The notes under the pieces are model-generated. The model did no database searches. It was not told where the DNA came from and worked only from the letters and a program-made list of their open reading frames with translations. From NCBI RefSeq assembly GCF_003918875.1, contig NW_025767250.1:310001-374000 (forward strand): a stretch of 64,000 nucleotides of DNA, given 5' to 3'. The position numbers and the translations under genes were made by a program. Below, in pieces: positions 37,434 to 49,957 of the stretch. The first letter of the stretch is position 1, and each line of letters starts with the position of its first letter. Source of the DNA: Haliotis rubra (Eukaryota).

Positions 37434-39695
37434 CAAAAGTTTAAGTAAGTTAAACTTGAGATTCAGAATGTCTGTTTGGAGATCCAGGTGATGCAAAAGA
37501 TTTACAGTATTTAATTGTAAAATATGACTGAAATGTAATTAACTGAGCGTCTTCATTCATTAACTCAACAAACACACTGATAATTAATTATTTAAAGTGA
37601 ACTGAAGTAATTAAGTAACTAATTTGAAAGAATCAGGTGTTGTTTGACATTTTACCAATTACACTTGCCAAGATGTCACGGTCCCAAGATACTACTTAGC
37701 ATGGATTGTTTTATATTATATATAATTATATCTCTTGTCTCAAACTGTGGATAACTCTACTATTTATGATTTTTCGTTGGGCCTCACACACAGCACTTTC
37801 AATTTAACTCTGGTGGTTTCAACGATTGCATTCCTTGTGCTCTATCGGGGGAATTCGTGTGCAATCGGAGTGCACAAGCAGTTTCCTCGGTAGGGTGGAT
37901 GCCCCGTGACTGTCGTGAGAAATTTTATTAACAATTGAAATCTGCAAGGTAAGTTATGTAAAAAACAAACATTCATCAATATTATTTACCCGAGATCGTC
38001 AATACCAAAATCAATTGCCTATATAACCAAAAAATAGCAAGCGAAAATTCAGTAAGATCAGTTGTCTGCTAGTGACAGGCCATATATAAATAGGAAGCCA
38101 TGTGATCACAACACTCCTTTGCTGTACAGAGAGAAAAGTATGGTTCATCGTCGAAAAAACTTACAAAATCCGTTGGATGTGCACGCGGAGAGCGGCAACA
38201 GTTTTGCTGATACGATGTCATCAGCGCTATTTTTGTAGGAAACACTTGATATTTTTGTGTGAAATAGATGAATATATCATTTATCACACAAGGTTAGTAA
38301 ATGCACAATTTAAATGAAATTAAAGATGAAAATTAAGTTTTTGTCTTTTATCATCGAAAACCCATGACACCGAGATATACTCTCTAAAAACACAAGGGGC
38401 TCACACAAAAAGATATCCTATGATCTATCATCAGAGAACAGAACAGCAGAAAAATGACTGCCTGAGACAGTTTGGGGGACCTATATCCCCACACAGCTGA
38501 AACTTAACATGTGAACCTTACCATTCCTTCATGCACCAGAGTGGCAACGTTCCTGTGTTTGACAGTTCAGTAAAAGATCGTCTAATTGTTCTGAGCCAGT
38601 AGTATTGTTGATATTCATAATCCAATGTAACCAGATCTCTTCTCTTCCTTATTGCTGCATAAGTGGTCACATCTGAAACGTGTCATCTGTGCCATGATTG
38701 AATGCAAAGGGTTTTCAAGCCACTGTTCATTTTATTAGGCCACCAAGATCAAAGTACTCACCAGAAAATTAGAAGTATTCACATGCAAATCACAAAGTCT
38801 TGGGATGTTATTGGGCAGAGTCAAGCCAGGAATTTGACTCTTCATGCTGGTCACATATTGCCCTTGAAGACAATAAAGCTCCTGTCCACTTGCGTATATC
38901 ATTACTTTCTTATTTCTTCTGCAAATCATCACCCAGAATCAATGGCAGCCATGAGTCCTGACCTTTCCTCCCGAGTGTTTTCAGGACATGATCAGGAGAG
39001 ATTAGTGTCAACATGCAATGGGACAATCACTGCTTAAGGAGTGAGTGAGTGAGTTAAGATTTTAAGTCACATCGGCAGTATTTCGGCCACATCGTGACCT
39101 CTGCAAAGGAGAGGACAAGACTCTCTAAAACATTGGACAATGGTTACCTGTTATTGATGAAGTCAAACTCTCATTTTCCACCATGCGCCTCTGTCTTAGT
39201 TTCTGATTGTTGCACCACCAACTGTGCTGTTGATTGTCATGTTACACCTTAGTTTTTCTATCCATTTGTTCTCTGAAGTCTGTAATCATCTGAAATCATT
39301 TTAATATGTATTCATTGTATATGATAATGACAAATGTATTTGATGATGACAGATGTCGCAATGTAACATCAGTCAACTTTTCAAATGTCTTCTGTTCTTT
39401 ATGTCTTGTACATCAGTTTCCATGTTAGAGGTCATGTTACTCCCTTTGATGAGAAATCTTCAGTGAGAGTTGAGCAGGAGAAGAATTTTCATGGGTGCTG
39501 TTATGGATAAGAAAGTTTGTGTGTCATGGTGAAATATGTCTGTAAACATCTTTGACAGGACTGAAGAAATATAATAGCATGGAGATGTCAAGCTACACAG
39601 GAAATTAGTATTTCCGTGCCTCCAATTAAGATAATGTCTTGAACTTTCCCAACGACAGTGTCAAAAGCAAACATGAACCATGAAAGCACAGTCTA

Positions 39696-40298
39696 AGTAA
39701 ACTTAGGCTCAGTATTATTAATTACACTTCTGATAAGAATCTAACAAAGCCTAGTAGAAGGTCGTGTCAGCTAACCTTTTGGACTGACTAATCAGAACAC
39801 AGCTTACCAAATCGCGAACGTTAGCATTCACACATACCGTTTGAACCATTACCTAAATAACTCTAATGATTCCGAATGCTATTTTCTGCACGATCGCTTC
39901 CGAGTTATTCACATGGAGGACGCAATGAGTTAACAGTCGCTGAATATTGCATTTTTGTCAATATTCAAGGATGTCATCTTGCGGATATATAAGCTAATAG
40001 CAACCATGTCATTAAAACCCCTAAGCGTATATACTGCAGGTCAAATATCTGTGTTTTATGCAGATTTTCGTTTGTTGATAGATCAGAGGCAGTGACCAGG
40101 GAAGAAAAAATCGTTTTACGTTTTGTAAGTCCCGCTGAACTCTAACAAGTAGTCGTTGTCTGATTGGTTAAATCCGTTCGGACGTCTCGCGTTTGATTGG
40201 ACAGTCATAGGTCGCTCAAAGGTTAGCTGATGCGACCTTCTAGGGTTTGTTAGACTCAGTATAGCAGTGTAGTGAATAATACTGAGCCTAAGTTTACT
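39696..40298. mobile_element. MITE with ~90-bp TIRs, flanked by TA (or YTAA)
   Basis: AGTAAACTTAGGCTCAGTATTATT...AGAAGGTCGTGTCAGCTAACCTTT matches the reverse complement of the right end, AGTAAACTTAGGCTCAGTATTATT...AGAAGGTCGCATCAGCTAACCTTT. Confidence 0.9.
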
Positions 40299-40781
40299 TA
40301 ATTTGCATGTAAAACTTCATCAGGCTGATCAGTGAAAGCAGGTCAAGGATGACTAGGTTGCCAGCAACATCTGCTTGTCTCCCTGTGGCACCGAGACTCT
40401 TCACTGCTTACAATGTCAATCAGAAATAACCACTGTCCAGTTTTCTTCACTCCCAAGTTGCAGATTAGTGATGTGGTTTGATTATGATGTCACAGTGGAC
40501 TGCAAAGCATTGTGATGCAATTGTTTTTTTCTCAGGCAAACCTTGCTCTTCAGAGTGCCAGTATTGGATAGTAGAATTAAAATCAATTGTAAATTTTGCA
40601 CTTTATAATGTTTAATCACTCAAATACATCCACTCACTCATTCTCTCTCTCACTTCTTCCCTCACTTGAATGAAATTCCTCTCACACAAATATTTAAGCT
40701 GCTAATATGGACTTTAGCCTTATGTTAAGTTTTGACAGAATTTGTATCATTCAAATATCAATACATTGTGGACAGAGAGAG

Positions 40782-40805
40782 ACACACACACACACACACA
40801 CACAC
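40782..40805. repeat. (CA)n microsatellite
   Basis: Direct reading. Confidence 0.9.
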
Positions 40806-42147
40806 CCACCCCCCTCTTGAGAGGTAAAATATTTTTCATGTTGGCGTTTGAAGCATGGTTAATGTTTCTGAATCAGCCATTCAGTCTGTAGAATGAAATC
40901 CTCAGAGACGGTTATATGTTTTCTTTAAAAAACAATAATTGTCTCAAGCAGAAACTCAATGGCACAGCTTTTATGGCTTAATGAGTAGTTCAGGCATTCT
41001 GTTCCATCTCTGAAATAAGAGCAATGAAACCACCCTATTCTTAAACATAAACGTCTTGTTCAATTTACAACAGCATACAATATACATGTCTGTACAAAAC
41101 TGTTTTGTTAAGATTTAAGGGAGCCTAATTACTCAATAGTTGAGATATTTCTTTTATTTTCTCTCATTTCACATATTTCATTTGAAGATAAATTTGTTAT
41201 TTGGAAGAAGTGTTATCAGTTTAGACAAATATCCATCTTTATCACCTGTGTTGGATCCGCCACCGTGGTATCTGTAGGTGCACCTGAATGGATTCAACGG
41301 AAAACCAGGTCATGCAATCATTCAGTGTTTTACAGATACAATTGATAGTCTTTAATTGCAAAATTCACACTTTACTCATTACAGGCACCAAGCACCACAG
41401 TTATCTGCCTGAAGCCTTGTGCACCCATATAATCATCTGCTTGTTACCTCACTGGGATACAAGCCATGAGTATGAACTACTCCGTGCCGTACAGTTTTGT
41501 TACCTTGCTCAAAAGATGTAAATGAAGACAGGAAAATCAATTCAGCCTTTCCACATTAGTTTTTATGAGAACTCAGCGACTTAGTTTCACAAACTTGGAA
41601 TTATGAAACTGGACCTAATGGCTCAATAATTATAGGCCTGAGTGTCGCTCTTCTCATATGAAGATCGTGCCGAGCCTGATAGTGCATGGCCATGATTAAA
41701 TTTGCATCATATTTATTCAACCAACATGTAGGATGGGTAATGTTAGCTTTGTGGGCAAAGTGTTGACTTGTCATGTTGAAGACGTTTGATTCCCCATATG
41801 GCATATGCATGAAGCCACAATGTATTAACTCAAAAAAGGTTAAGCAGAAGTTCGTCTATATTTCTATAGGAAGTGGCCACACTTTGAATCATATTCGGTA
41901 TTAATTGTTTCACAAAAAGCATTTGTTCACAAGCTCCACATTTTCATATTGGAAAAATCAATACTGAACATCTAATCACATGCTTTAACCCTTGAACTGT
42001 CTCCTGTGCTGGTTTCCTTGTCATGTGACATGACACAGAACCTGCAATACTCTGCACAGTGCTCTGGGTCCAAGTTTTCAGCAGGAAGGGGTTGAATCTG
42101 AGACATCTATCAAAATGAAATAATGTCCTTGATGGTCATTTACTGTC

Positions 42148-43456
42148 ATGCAGGCATGCGTACACACACAAGTACACACACATGCATGCACTGACGCACA
42201 CAAGCACACTCACGCACACAAGTACACACACATGAATGCACACAAGTACACTCACTCACACACGCAAGCACACTCACGCACACAAGTACACTCACGCACA
42301 CAAGTACACTCCATGCACACAAGTACACTCACACACAAGTACACAGACACGAATGCACACAAGTACACTCACTCACACACACAAGGACACACACACACAA
42401 GTACACTCTCATGCACACAAGTACACACACACACAAGTACACTCACGCACACAAGTACACTCATGCACACAAGTACACACACACACACAAGTACACTCAC
42501 ACACACAAGCACACTCCACGCACACAAGTACACTCCATGCACACAAGTACACTCACACACAAGTACACACAGACATGCATGCACGAATGCACACAAGCAC
42601 ACTCCACACACACAAGTACATTCATGCACACACAAGTACACTCCACGCACACAAGTACACACACACAAGTACACTCACACACACAAGCACACTCATGCAC
42701 ACAAGTACACTCATGCACACAAGTACACAGACATGCATGCACCTAATGCACACAAGTACACTCACTCTCACACACACAAGCACACTCACGCACACACAAG
42801 TACACTCATGCACACAAGTACACACACACACACAAGCACACTCACGCACACAAGTACACTCTCACGCACACAAGCACACTCATGCACACAAGTACACTCA
42901 CGACACAAGTACACTCACGCACACAAGTACACTCCACGCACACAAGTACACTCCACGCACACAAGTACACTCCACGCACACAAGCACACTCATGCACACA
43001 AGTACACTCACGCACACAAGTACACTCATGCACACAAGTACACTCACGCACACAAGTACACTTACACACACTCATGCACACAAGTACACTCCACTCACAC
43101 AAGTACACTCACGCACACAAGTACACTCACACACACAAGTACACACACATGCATGCACGAATGCACACAAGTACACTCACTCACACACACAAGCACACTC
43201 ACGCACACAAGTACACTCACGCACACAAGTACACACACACAAGTACACTCCACGCACACAATTACACTCATGCACACACAGGTACACAAACACACAAGTA
43301 CACTAATGCACACAAGTACACTCACACACAAGTACACAGACATGCATGCACGAATGCACACAAGTACACTCACTCACACTCACACACACACATGGATGCA
43401 CGAATGCACACAAGTACACTCACTCACACACAAGCACACGCACACACACAGGTACA
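42148..43456. repeat. Compound CA-rich array with core CACACAAGTACACTCA[C/T]G (~18 bp)
   Basis: Recurrent ACAAGTACAC with variable (CA)n spacers. Confidence 0.95.
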
Positions 43457-44164
43457 AATATATCTCTGTAATCATCTTGTCAGCCTAGTTATTACAGCAG
43501 CAGTTCTGTAGTGGCTATAAGTACACATGGCAGTGTCAGGGAATGGTGTAACTTAATTAGGTGAAACTGGAGCAAGACTGATGAAGAGTCAGGTGTGTAC
43601 CTCCTTGGCTGGTGATGTGTTTATCTTGTAACCAGCCTCACTACAACAGATCTGTATTGCTGGATCAAGAACTGTCAGAAAACCCATTAATCATCATTTA
43701 CGCCAACTTGTTGAAACGTTGGTTGTCTCCCTTTCTTTCAAAACCTTGGGCAATGCCAAAACAGCTTGTCTTCCAACTGTGCATGTACGTTGTTTTCTGT
43801 GAATGTATGATAGATGCAGACCCTTTACAACTGGCACATGGATTCCCATCAGATTTGTATTGCTCAAGTGTCAGCTCTATTGATTGTGAAACTGAACGCT
43901 TTTACAGTTTTACATTTTCTCTATTTACTCCATAAATTTCACACATTTTATGTAATGATGATAAATGCTATCTGCACCAATGCATTCACTGGCAAAGCTA
44001 GCAGATATATTTCCCATAACACTATACTTCCTTCAGCCAAGCTGAACCAGTGAAGAATGTGTTGTGTGTGTTTTATACCATGGGCTGATTTATGGGTAAA
44101 CGTGGCAGTACTGCTGGATTCAGATGTTGTGTGCATCGCATGAAAACAGATAGAATGGTTTGAT

Positions 44165-44985
44165 AGGATGGGTAGATATGATTGGTAGACAGGATATGAT
44201 TGGTAGGCAGGATATGTAGATATGATTGGTAGACAGGATATGTAGATATGATTGGTAGACAGGATATGTAGGTTTGATTGATGGACAAGATATGTAGATA
44301 TGATTGGTAGACAGGATATGTAGATATGATTGGTAGACAGGATATGTAGGTTTGATTGATGGACAAGATATGTAGATATGATTGGTAGACAGGATATGTA
44401 TATATGATTGGTAGACAGGATATGTAGATATGATTGGTAAACAGGATATGTAGGTTTGATTGATGGACAAGATATGTAGATATGATTGGTAGACAGGATA
44501 TGTAGATATAATTGATGGACAAGATATGTAGATATGATTGGTAGACAGGACATGTAGGTTTGATTGATGGACAAGATATATAGATATGAGTGAGTGAGTT
44601 TAGTTGTACGCCGCACTCAGCAATATTCCAGCTATATGGCGGCGGTCTGTAAATAATCGAATCTGGACCAGGAAATCCAGTGATCAACAGCATGAGCATC
44701 GATCTGTGCAATTGGGAACCGATGACATGTGTCAACCTAGTCAGCGAGCCTGACCACCCGATCCCGTTAGTCGCCTATGACGACAAGCATGGGTTACTGA
44801 AGATCAATATTCTGAAAACAGGACCTTCATTGGTATGTAGATATAATTGGTAGACAGGATATGTAGATATAATTGGTAGACAGGATATGTAGATATAATT
44901 GGTAGACAGGATATGTAGATATGATTGGTAGATAGGATATGTAGATATTATTGGTAGACAGGATATTTAGATATGATTGGTAGAT
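44165..44985. repeat. Minisatellite, 26-bp unit (GATATGATTGGTAGACAGGATATGTA), interrupted by a SINE
   Basis: Direct periodicity; the variant GGTTTGATTGATGGACAAG recurs every 2-4 units to the left of the SINE. Confidence 0.95.
44588..44833 (-). mobile_element. Family B SINE-like retroposon, near full length
   Basis: Minus-strand tail CCGCCATATAGCTGGAATATTGCTGAGTGCGGCGTACAACTAAA(CTCA)n. Homologous copies at 58748, 6267 and 16678. Approximate TSD tatatagatat/tatgtagatat. Confidence 0.9.
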
Positions 44986-46894
44986 CTGATGGTAGTTATG
45001 ATGGGGGTAGATGTGACAGACAGATGTAATTGGGAGATATGATGGGGGTAGATGTGATAAGCAGATATGTGAAGTTATTCTCTCATACTGCTTGACAACC
45101 AGCAGAATATCACCTTATATATGTTTATAGTTTTCCCTTTTCATATTTCTCAAATCTTTGTAATAAGTGACAGAATTAATATAAAATAAAAAATAATCAT
45201 TTGTACATATGAATAGCATTGTATTTTTTTTCAACAGAACATATATTAATGTTATTGGTTACCTTATTTGTAGGTATACTTCTTTGTTGGCATGTGTATC
45301 ATACTATTTCCCTGTTACTACAGTTTGCTGGATATTGATTGATTACCATCAAACAGAGACAGACTGGTTTATTACATGCAAAGGATCAGCAGATGCTGTC
45401 ACAACCAAGGTATATAACTCAGCAATACAAATTGGGCTGAACATTTAGAAGATATGTTGTTTGTTTGATTGTTGTTTATGGCTTGAGCAACAAGATTGAA
45501 GCATTTTGAATACAGTCTTAAGATAATCCAGTGACTGACTTCCAGTGAGCAATGATCTATCAGTAAGAAATACTTTGTAAATTTATTAGGTTTGTTTATG
45601 GTCCACTATTGCCTACCATAACATTGGAGATGTTAGCTGGTTTTATCTTCAGATGTGGAATTTCGATATCTATGTGAAATAAATGGGAAATCTATCAAAC
45701 TGGGAAAAGAAATGTACTTTTTATCACATTCTTCATCACATTCTATTCAAGACTTTTTAAAGAAGGGAAGAAATTCCAGTCTATCCTTAACACAAAAAGT
45801 CAGAGTTTGAAAGTAATGAAAGAGAAAAAGGGTAAGATAACACCTAGTTCTGGTATGGCTTGGTTATTGAGCACCTACAGATGCGAACCAAGTAATATCA
45901 TGACACAACATGTGCCCAGATATTGCCTGTATGGGGATGCAGGTGGGTGGGGTGTGGGGTGGGTGGGGGACTGTCACAATGATACCATGGCAGTATCTCG
46001 TGTAAAAGCAGAAACGACAGGCAACAGGAATCCCAGATCTGAAATTTTCAGAAAGATGCTGCCAGAATTTATTTTAAAAAGTTCTACATGTTGCTGAATC
46101 ACATTGCCAGACAGGCAACGGAGAGGCTGAGAGGTTGAAGCCCTTAAACAACAGTAAGACAGGTTGGGCTGATATGGTTAATTGCTTTATGGAACAGGTT
46201 TGTCTCTGATCCAAAAGTGTATCTGCATCTCAGCCACAGGAGCAAGACTGTCCAACACTACTAACTGCAGATTGTCTAATGGGAGGCATCCTGTCAAAGT
46301 GTCATAGTGGGACAGCTTCTCATGATACACATGGTTCCTCAGTTTGTTATGCTCAGTATACCTTGCTGACATTGATATCAGTTTGGGTTTATCTCAGATT
46401 GTGATAGCTTTGCCTACAGAAATGAGGTTACCTTGGCAACTGAACTTCATGTTACAAGTGTGATTCTGTTTAATGCCTTTGGTCAAATCCATTTTGCTTT
46501 TGATCTGTGTGTCTCTGTTCATACCCACCAGTCATGGGTGACCTTTGATTTTTACAAATTTATGTGATAAAGATAGCACTGTACAGACCTGCTGGCTTCT
46601 TGATATCGTGGACGTAGGAAGATCTGCTGGATGACAGGAAGTAATTTGTTGACCTGATCAATGGTCAATCATTTATAGGCGGCTCGGGCTATTTTTGACT
46701 TGAATTGAACTGTTTTTCTTTCATTACTTTCAAAAACATTTTCTTGTAAGATATTACTGGGATATTATTTTTAGGTAATTAGAATGTTTACTTTTAAGTT
46801 CAGGGTCATCTGTGACTTGGTCATCCTTCTTCCAGCCACGATATAACATGCATGCAGTCTAAATGATTATCACAGGACATTCCTCTGAACATCA

Positions 46895-48166
46895 GCTTTT
46901 ACAAAGCAGCTTGTTAAAACACATATATTTCTCCAGCAATCACAGTTGATAAAGCAGTCTGTTATACATGTATAGCACATATATTTCTCCAGTTATCACA
47001 GTTGGCAGATCAGCCTGTTATATAATACATATATTTCTCTGGTTATCACAGTTGATAAAGCAGCCTGTTATATAACACATATATTTATCTGGTTATCACA
47101 GTTGATAAAGCAGCCTGTTATATAACACATATATTTATCTGGTTATCACAGTTGATAAAGCAGCCTGTAATATAACACATATATTTATCTGGTTATCACA
47201 GTTGTTAAAGCAGCCTGTTATATAACACTAAAGCAGCCTGTTATATAACACATATATATTTATCTGGTTATCACAGTTGATAAAGCAGCCTGTTATATAA
47301 CACATATATTTATCTGGTTATCACAGTTGATAAAGCAGCCTGTTATATAACACATATATTTATCTGGTTATCACAGTTGTTAAAGCAGCCTGTTATATAA
47401 CACATATATTTATCTGGTTATCACAGTTGATAAAGCAGCCTGTTATATAACACATATATTTATCTGGTTATCACAGTTGTTAAAGCAGCCTGTTATATAA
47501 CACATATATTTCTCTGGTTATCACAGTTGATAAAGCAGCCTGTTATATAACACATATATTTATCTCTGGTTATCACAGTTGATAAAGCAGCCTGTTATAT
47601 ATATAACACACAGTTGATAAAGCAGCCTGTTATATAACACATATATTTCTCTGGTTATCACAGTTGATAAAGCAGCCTGTTATATAACACATATATTTAT
47701 CTGGTTATCTGGTTATCACAGTTATAGCAGCCTGTTATACATATATATATTTATCTGGTTATCACAGTTGATAAAGCAGCCTGTTATATAACACATATAT
47801 GTATCCTGGTTATCACAGTTGTTAAAAGCAGCCTGTTATATAATACATATATTTATCTGGTTATCACAGTTGATAAACCAGCCTGTTATATAACACATAT
47901 ATTTCTCTGGTTATCACAGTTGATAAAGCAGCCTGTTATATAACACATATATTCCTCTGGTTATCACAGTTGATAAACCAGCCTGTTATATAACATATAT
48001 TTCCCGGTTATCACAGTTGATAAAGCAGCCTGTTATATAACACATATATTTATCTGGTTATCACAGTTGATAAAGCAGCCTGTTATATAACACATATATT
48101 TATCTGGTTATCAGAGTTGTCAAAGAAGCCTGTTATATAACACATATATTTATCTGGTTATCACAT
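46895..48166. repeat. Minisatellite, 50-bp unit (TTATCACAGTTGATAAAGCAGCCTGTTATATAACACATATATTTATCTGG), ~25 copies
   Basis: Period 50 (47041 and 47091); the first copies are diverged. Confidence 0.97.
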
Positions 48167-48397
48167 TGTACATTGTTATATGAGACATCCATTCCTCCAC
48201 ACAAGAGTCATTGACCAGGTTGTCAGAGAACTTTATTGCCTGTAATCATTAATACAGACAGCCATTAGCTGTAATGACCTAATTAAAGAATTAATTAGCA
48301 CACTGCATTTCCATTTTTGGGCTAATTCAAAATTTGGCAACATGAAGCTGTATCCCGCGCAGATAATGAAGATGCATGCAGGATGTGTGAAGTGTTG

Positions 48398-49957
48398 GGT
48401 TCTCGGTCACAAGAAGGGGACTCCCTGTTGGGATTCTCTGTCCTCATCAACCGGACCTTGTCACAAGAAGGGGCCTGCCTCTTGGGATTCTCGGTCCTCA
48501 TCAACCGGACCTGGTCACAAAAAGGAGCCTCCCTCTTGGGATTCTCGGTCACAAGAAGGGGCCTCCCTCTTGGGATTCTTGGTCACAAGAAGGGGCCTCC
48601 CTCTTGGGATTCTTGGTCACAAGAAGGGGCCTCCCTCTTGGGATTCTCGGTCACAAGAAGGGGCCTCCCTGTTGGGATTCTCGGTCACAAGAAGGGCCTC
48701 CCTGTTGGGATTCTCAGTCACAAGAAGGGGCCTCCTCTCGGTCACAAGAAGGGCCTCCCTCTTGGGATTCTCGGTCACAAGAAGGGGCCTCCCTGTTTGG
48801 ATTCTCGGTCACAAGAAGGGCTTCCCTCTTGGGATTCTCGGTCACAAGAAGGGGCCTCCCTCTTGGGATTCTCGGTGACAAGAAGGAGCCTCCCTCTTGG
48901 GATTCTCGGTCCTCATCAACCGGACATGGTCACAAGAAGGGGCCTCCCTGTAGGGATTCAGGTCCTCATCAACCAGTGCTGGTCACACGAAGGGGCCTCC
49001 CTGTAGGGATGCAGGTCCTCATCAACCAGTGCTGGTCACAAGAAGGGGCCTCCCTGTAGGGATTCAGGTCCCCATCAGCGGTGCTGGTCGGTGACAGCCT
49101 CCTCTTGGGATTCTCGGTCACAAAAGGGGCCTCCCTGTAGGGATTCAGGTCCCCATCAACTGGTGCTGGTCACAAGAAGGGGCCTCCTGTAGGGATTCAG
49201 GTCCCCATGCTGGTCACAAGAAAGAAGGATTCAGGGCCTCCCTGATTCAGGTCCCCATGGGGGTTCAGGTGCCCATGCTGGTGCTGGTCACAATAAGGGG
49301 CCTCCTGTAGGGATTCAGGTCCCCATGCAGGTCACAAGAAGGGGCCTCCCTCTAGGGATTCAGGTCCCCATGCAGGTCACAATAAGGGGCCTCCCTGTAG
49401 GGATTCAGGTCCCCATGCAGGTCACAAGAAGGGGCCTCCCTGTAGGGATTCAGGTCCCCATGCTGGTCACAAGAAGGGGCCTCCCTGTAGGGATTCAGGT
49501 CCCCATGCTGGTCACAAGAAGGGGGCCTCCCTGTAGGGATTCAGGGTCCCCATGCTGGTCACAAGAAGGGGCCTCCCTGTAGGGATTCAGGTCCCCATGC
49601 TGGTCACAAGAAGGGGCCTCCCTGTAGGGATTCAGGTCCCCATGCTGGTCACAAGAAGGGGCCTCCCTGTAGGGATTCAGGTCCCCATGCTGGTCACAAG
49701 AAGGGGCCTCCCTGTAGGGATTCAGGTCCCCCAGAAGGGGCCTCCCTGTAGGGATTCAGGGGCCCCATGCACAAGAAGGGGCCTCCCTGTAGGGCCTCCT
49801 GTAGGGATTCAGGGCCCCATGCTGGTCACAAGAAGGGGCCTCCCTGTAGGGATTCAGGTGCCCATGCTGGTCACAAGAAGGGGCCTCCCTGTAGGGATTC
49901 AGGTCCCCATGCAGGTCACAAGAAGGGGCCTCCCTGTAGGGATTCAGGTCCCCATCA
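48398..49957. repeat. GC-rich minisatellite with related 54-, 34- and 45-bp units (core GGTCACAAGAAGGGGCCTCCCT)
   Basis: Direct reading; 18-aa and 15-aa repeats in the ORF track. Confidence 0.96.

Noticed and set aside
37700-38720. CpG-richer segment and a TA-CTCTCTAAAAA start suggestive of further DNA-transposon remnants
   Set aside because: No matching inverted terminus or coding motif could be established
42148-43511. His/Thr-rich ORFs in all frames
   Set aside because: Translation of CA-rich simple sequence
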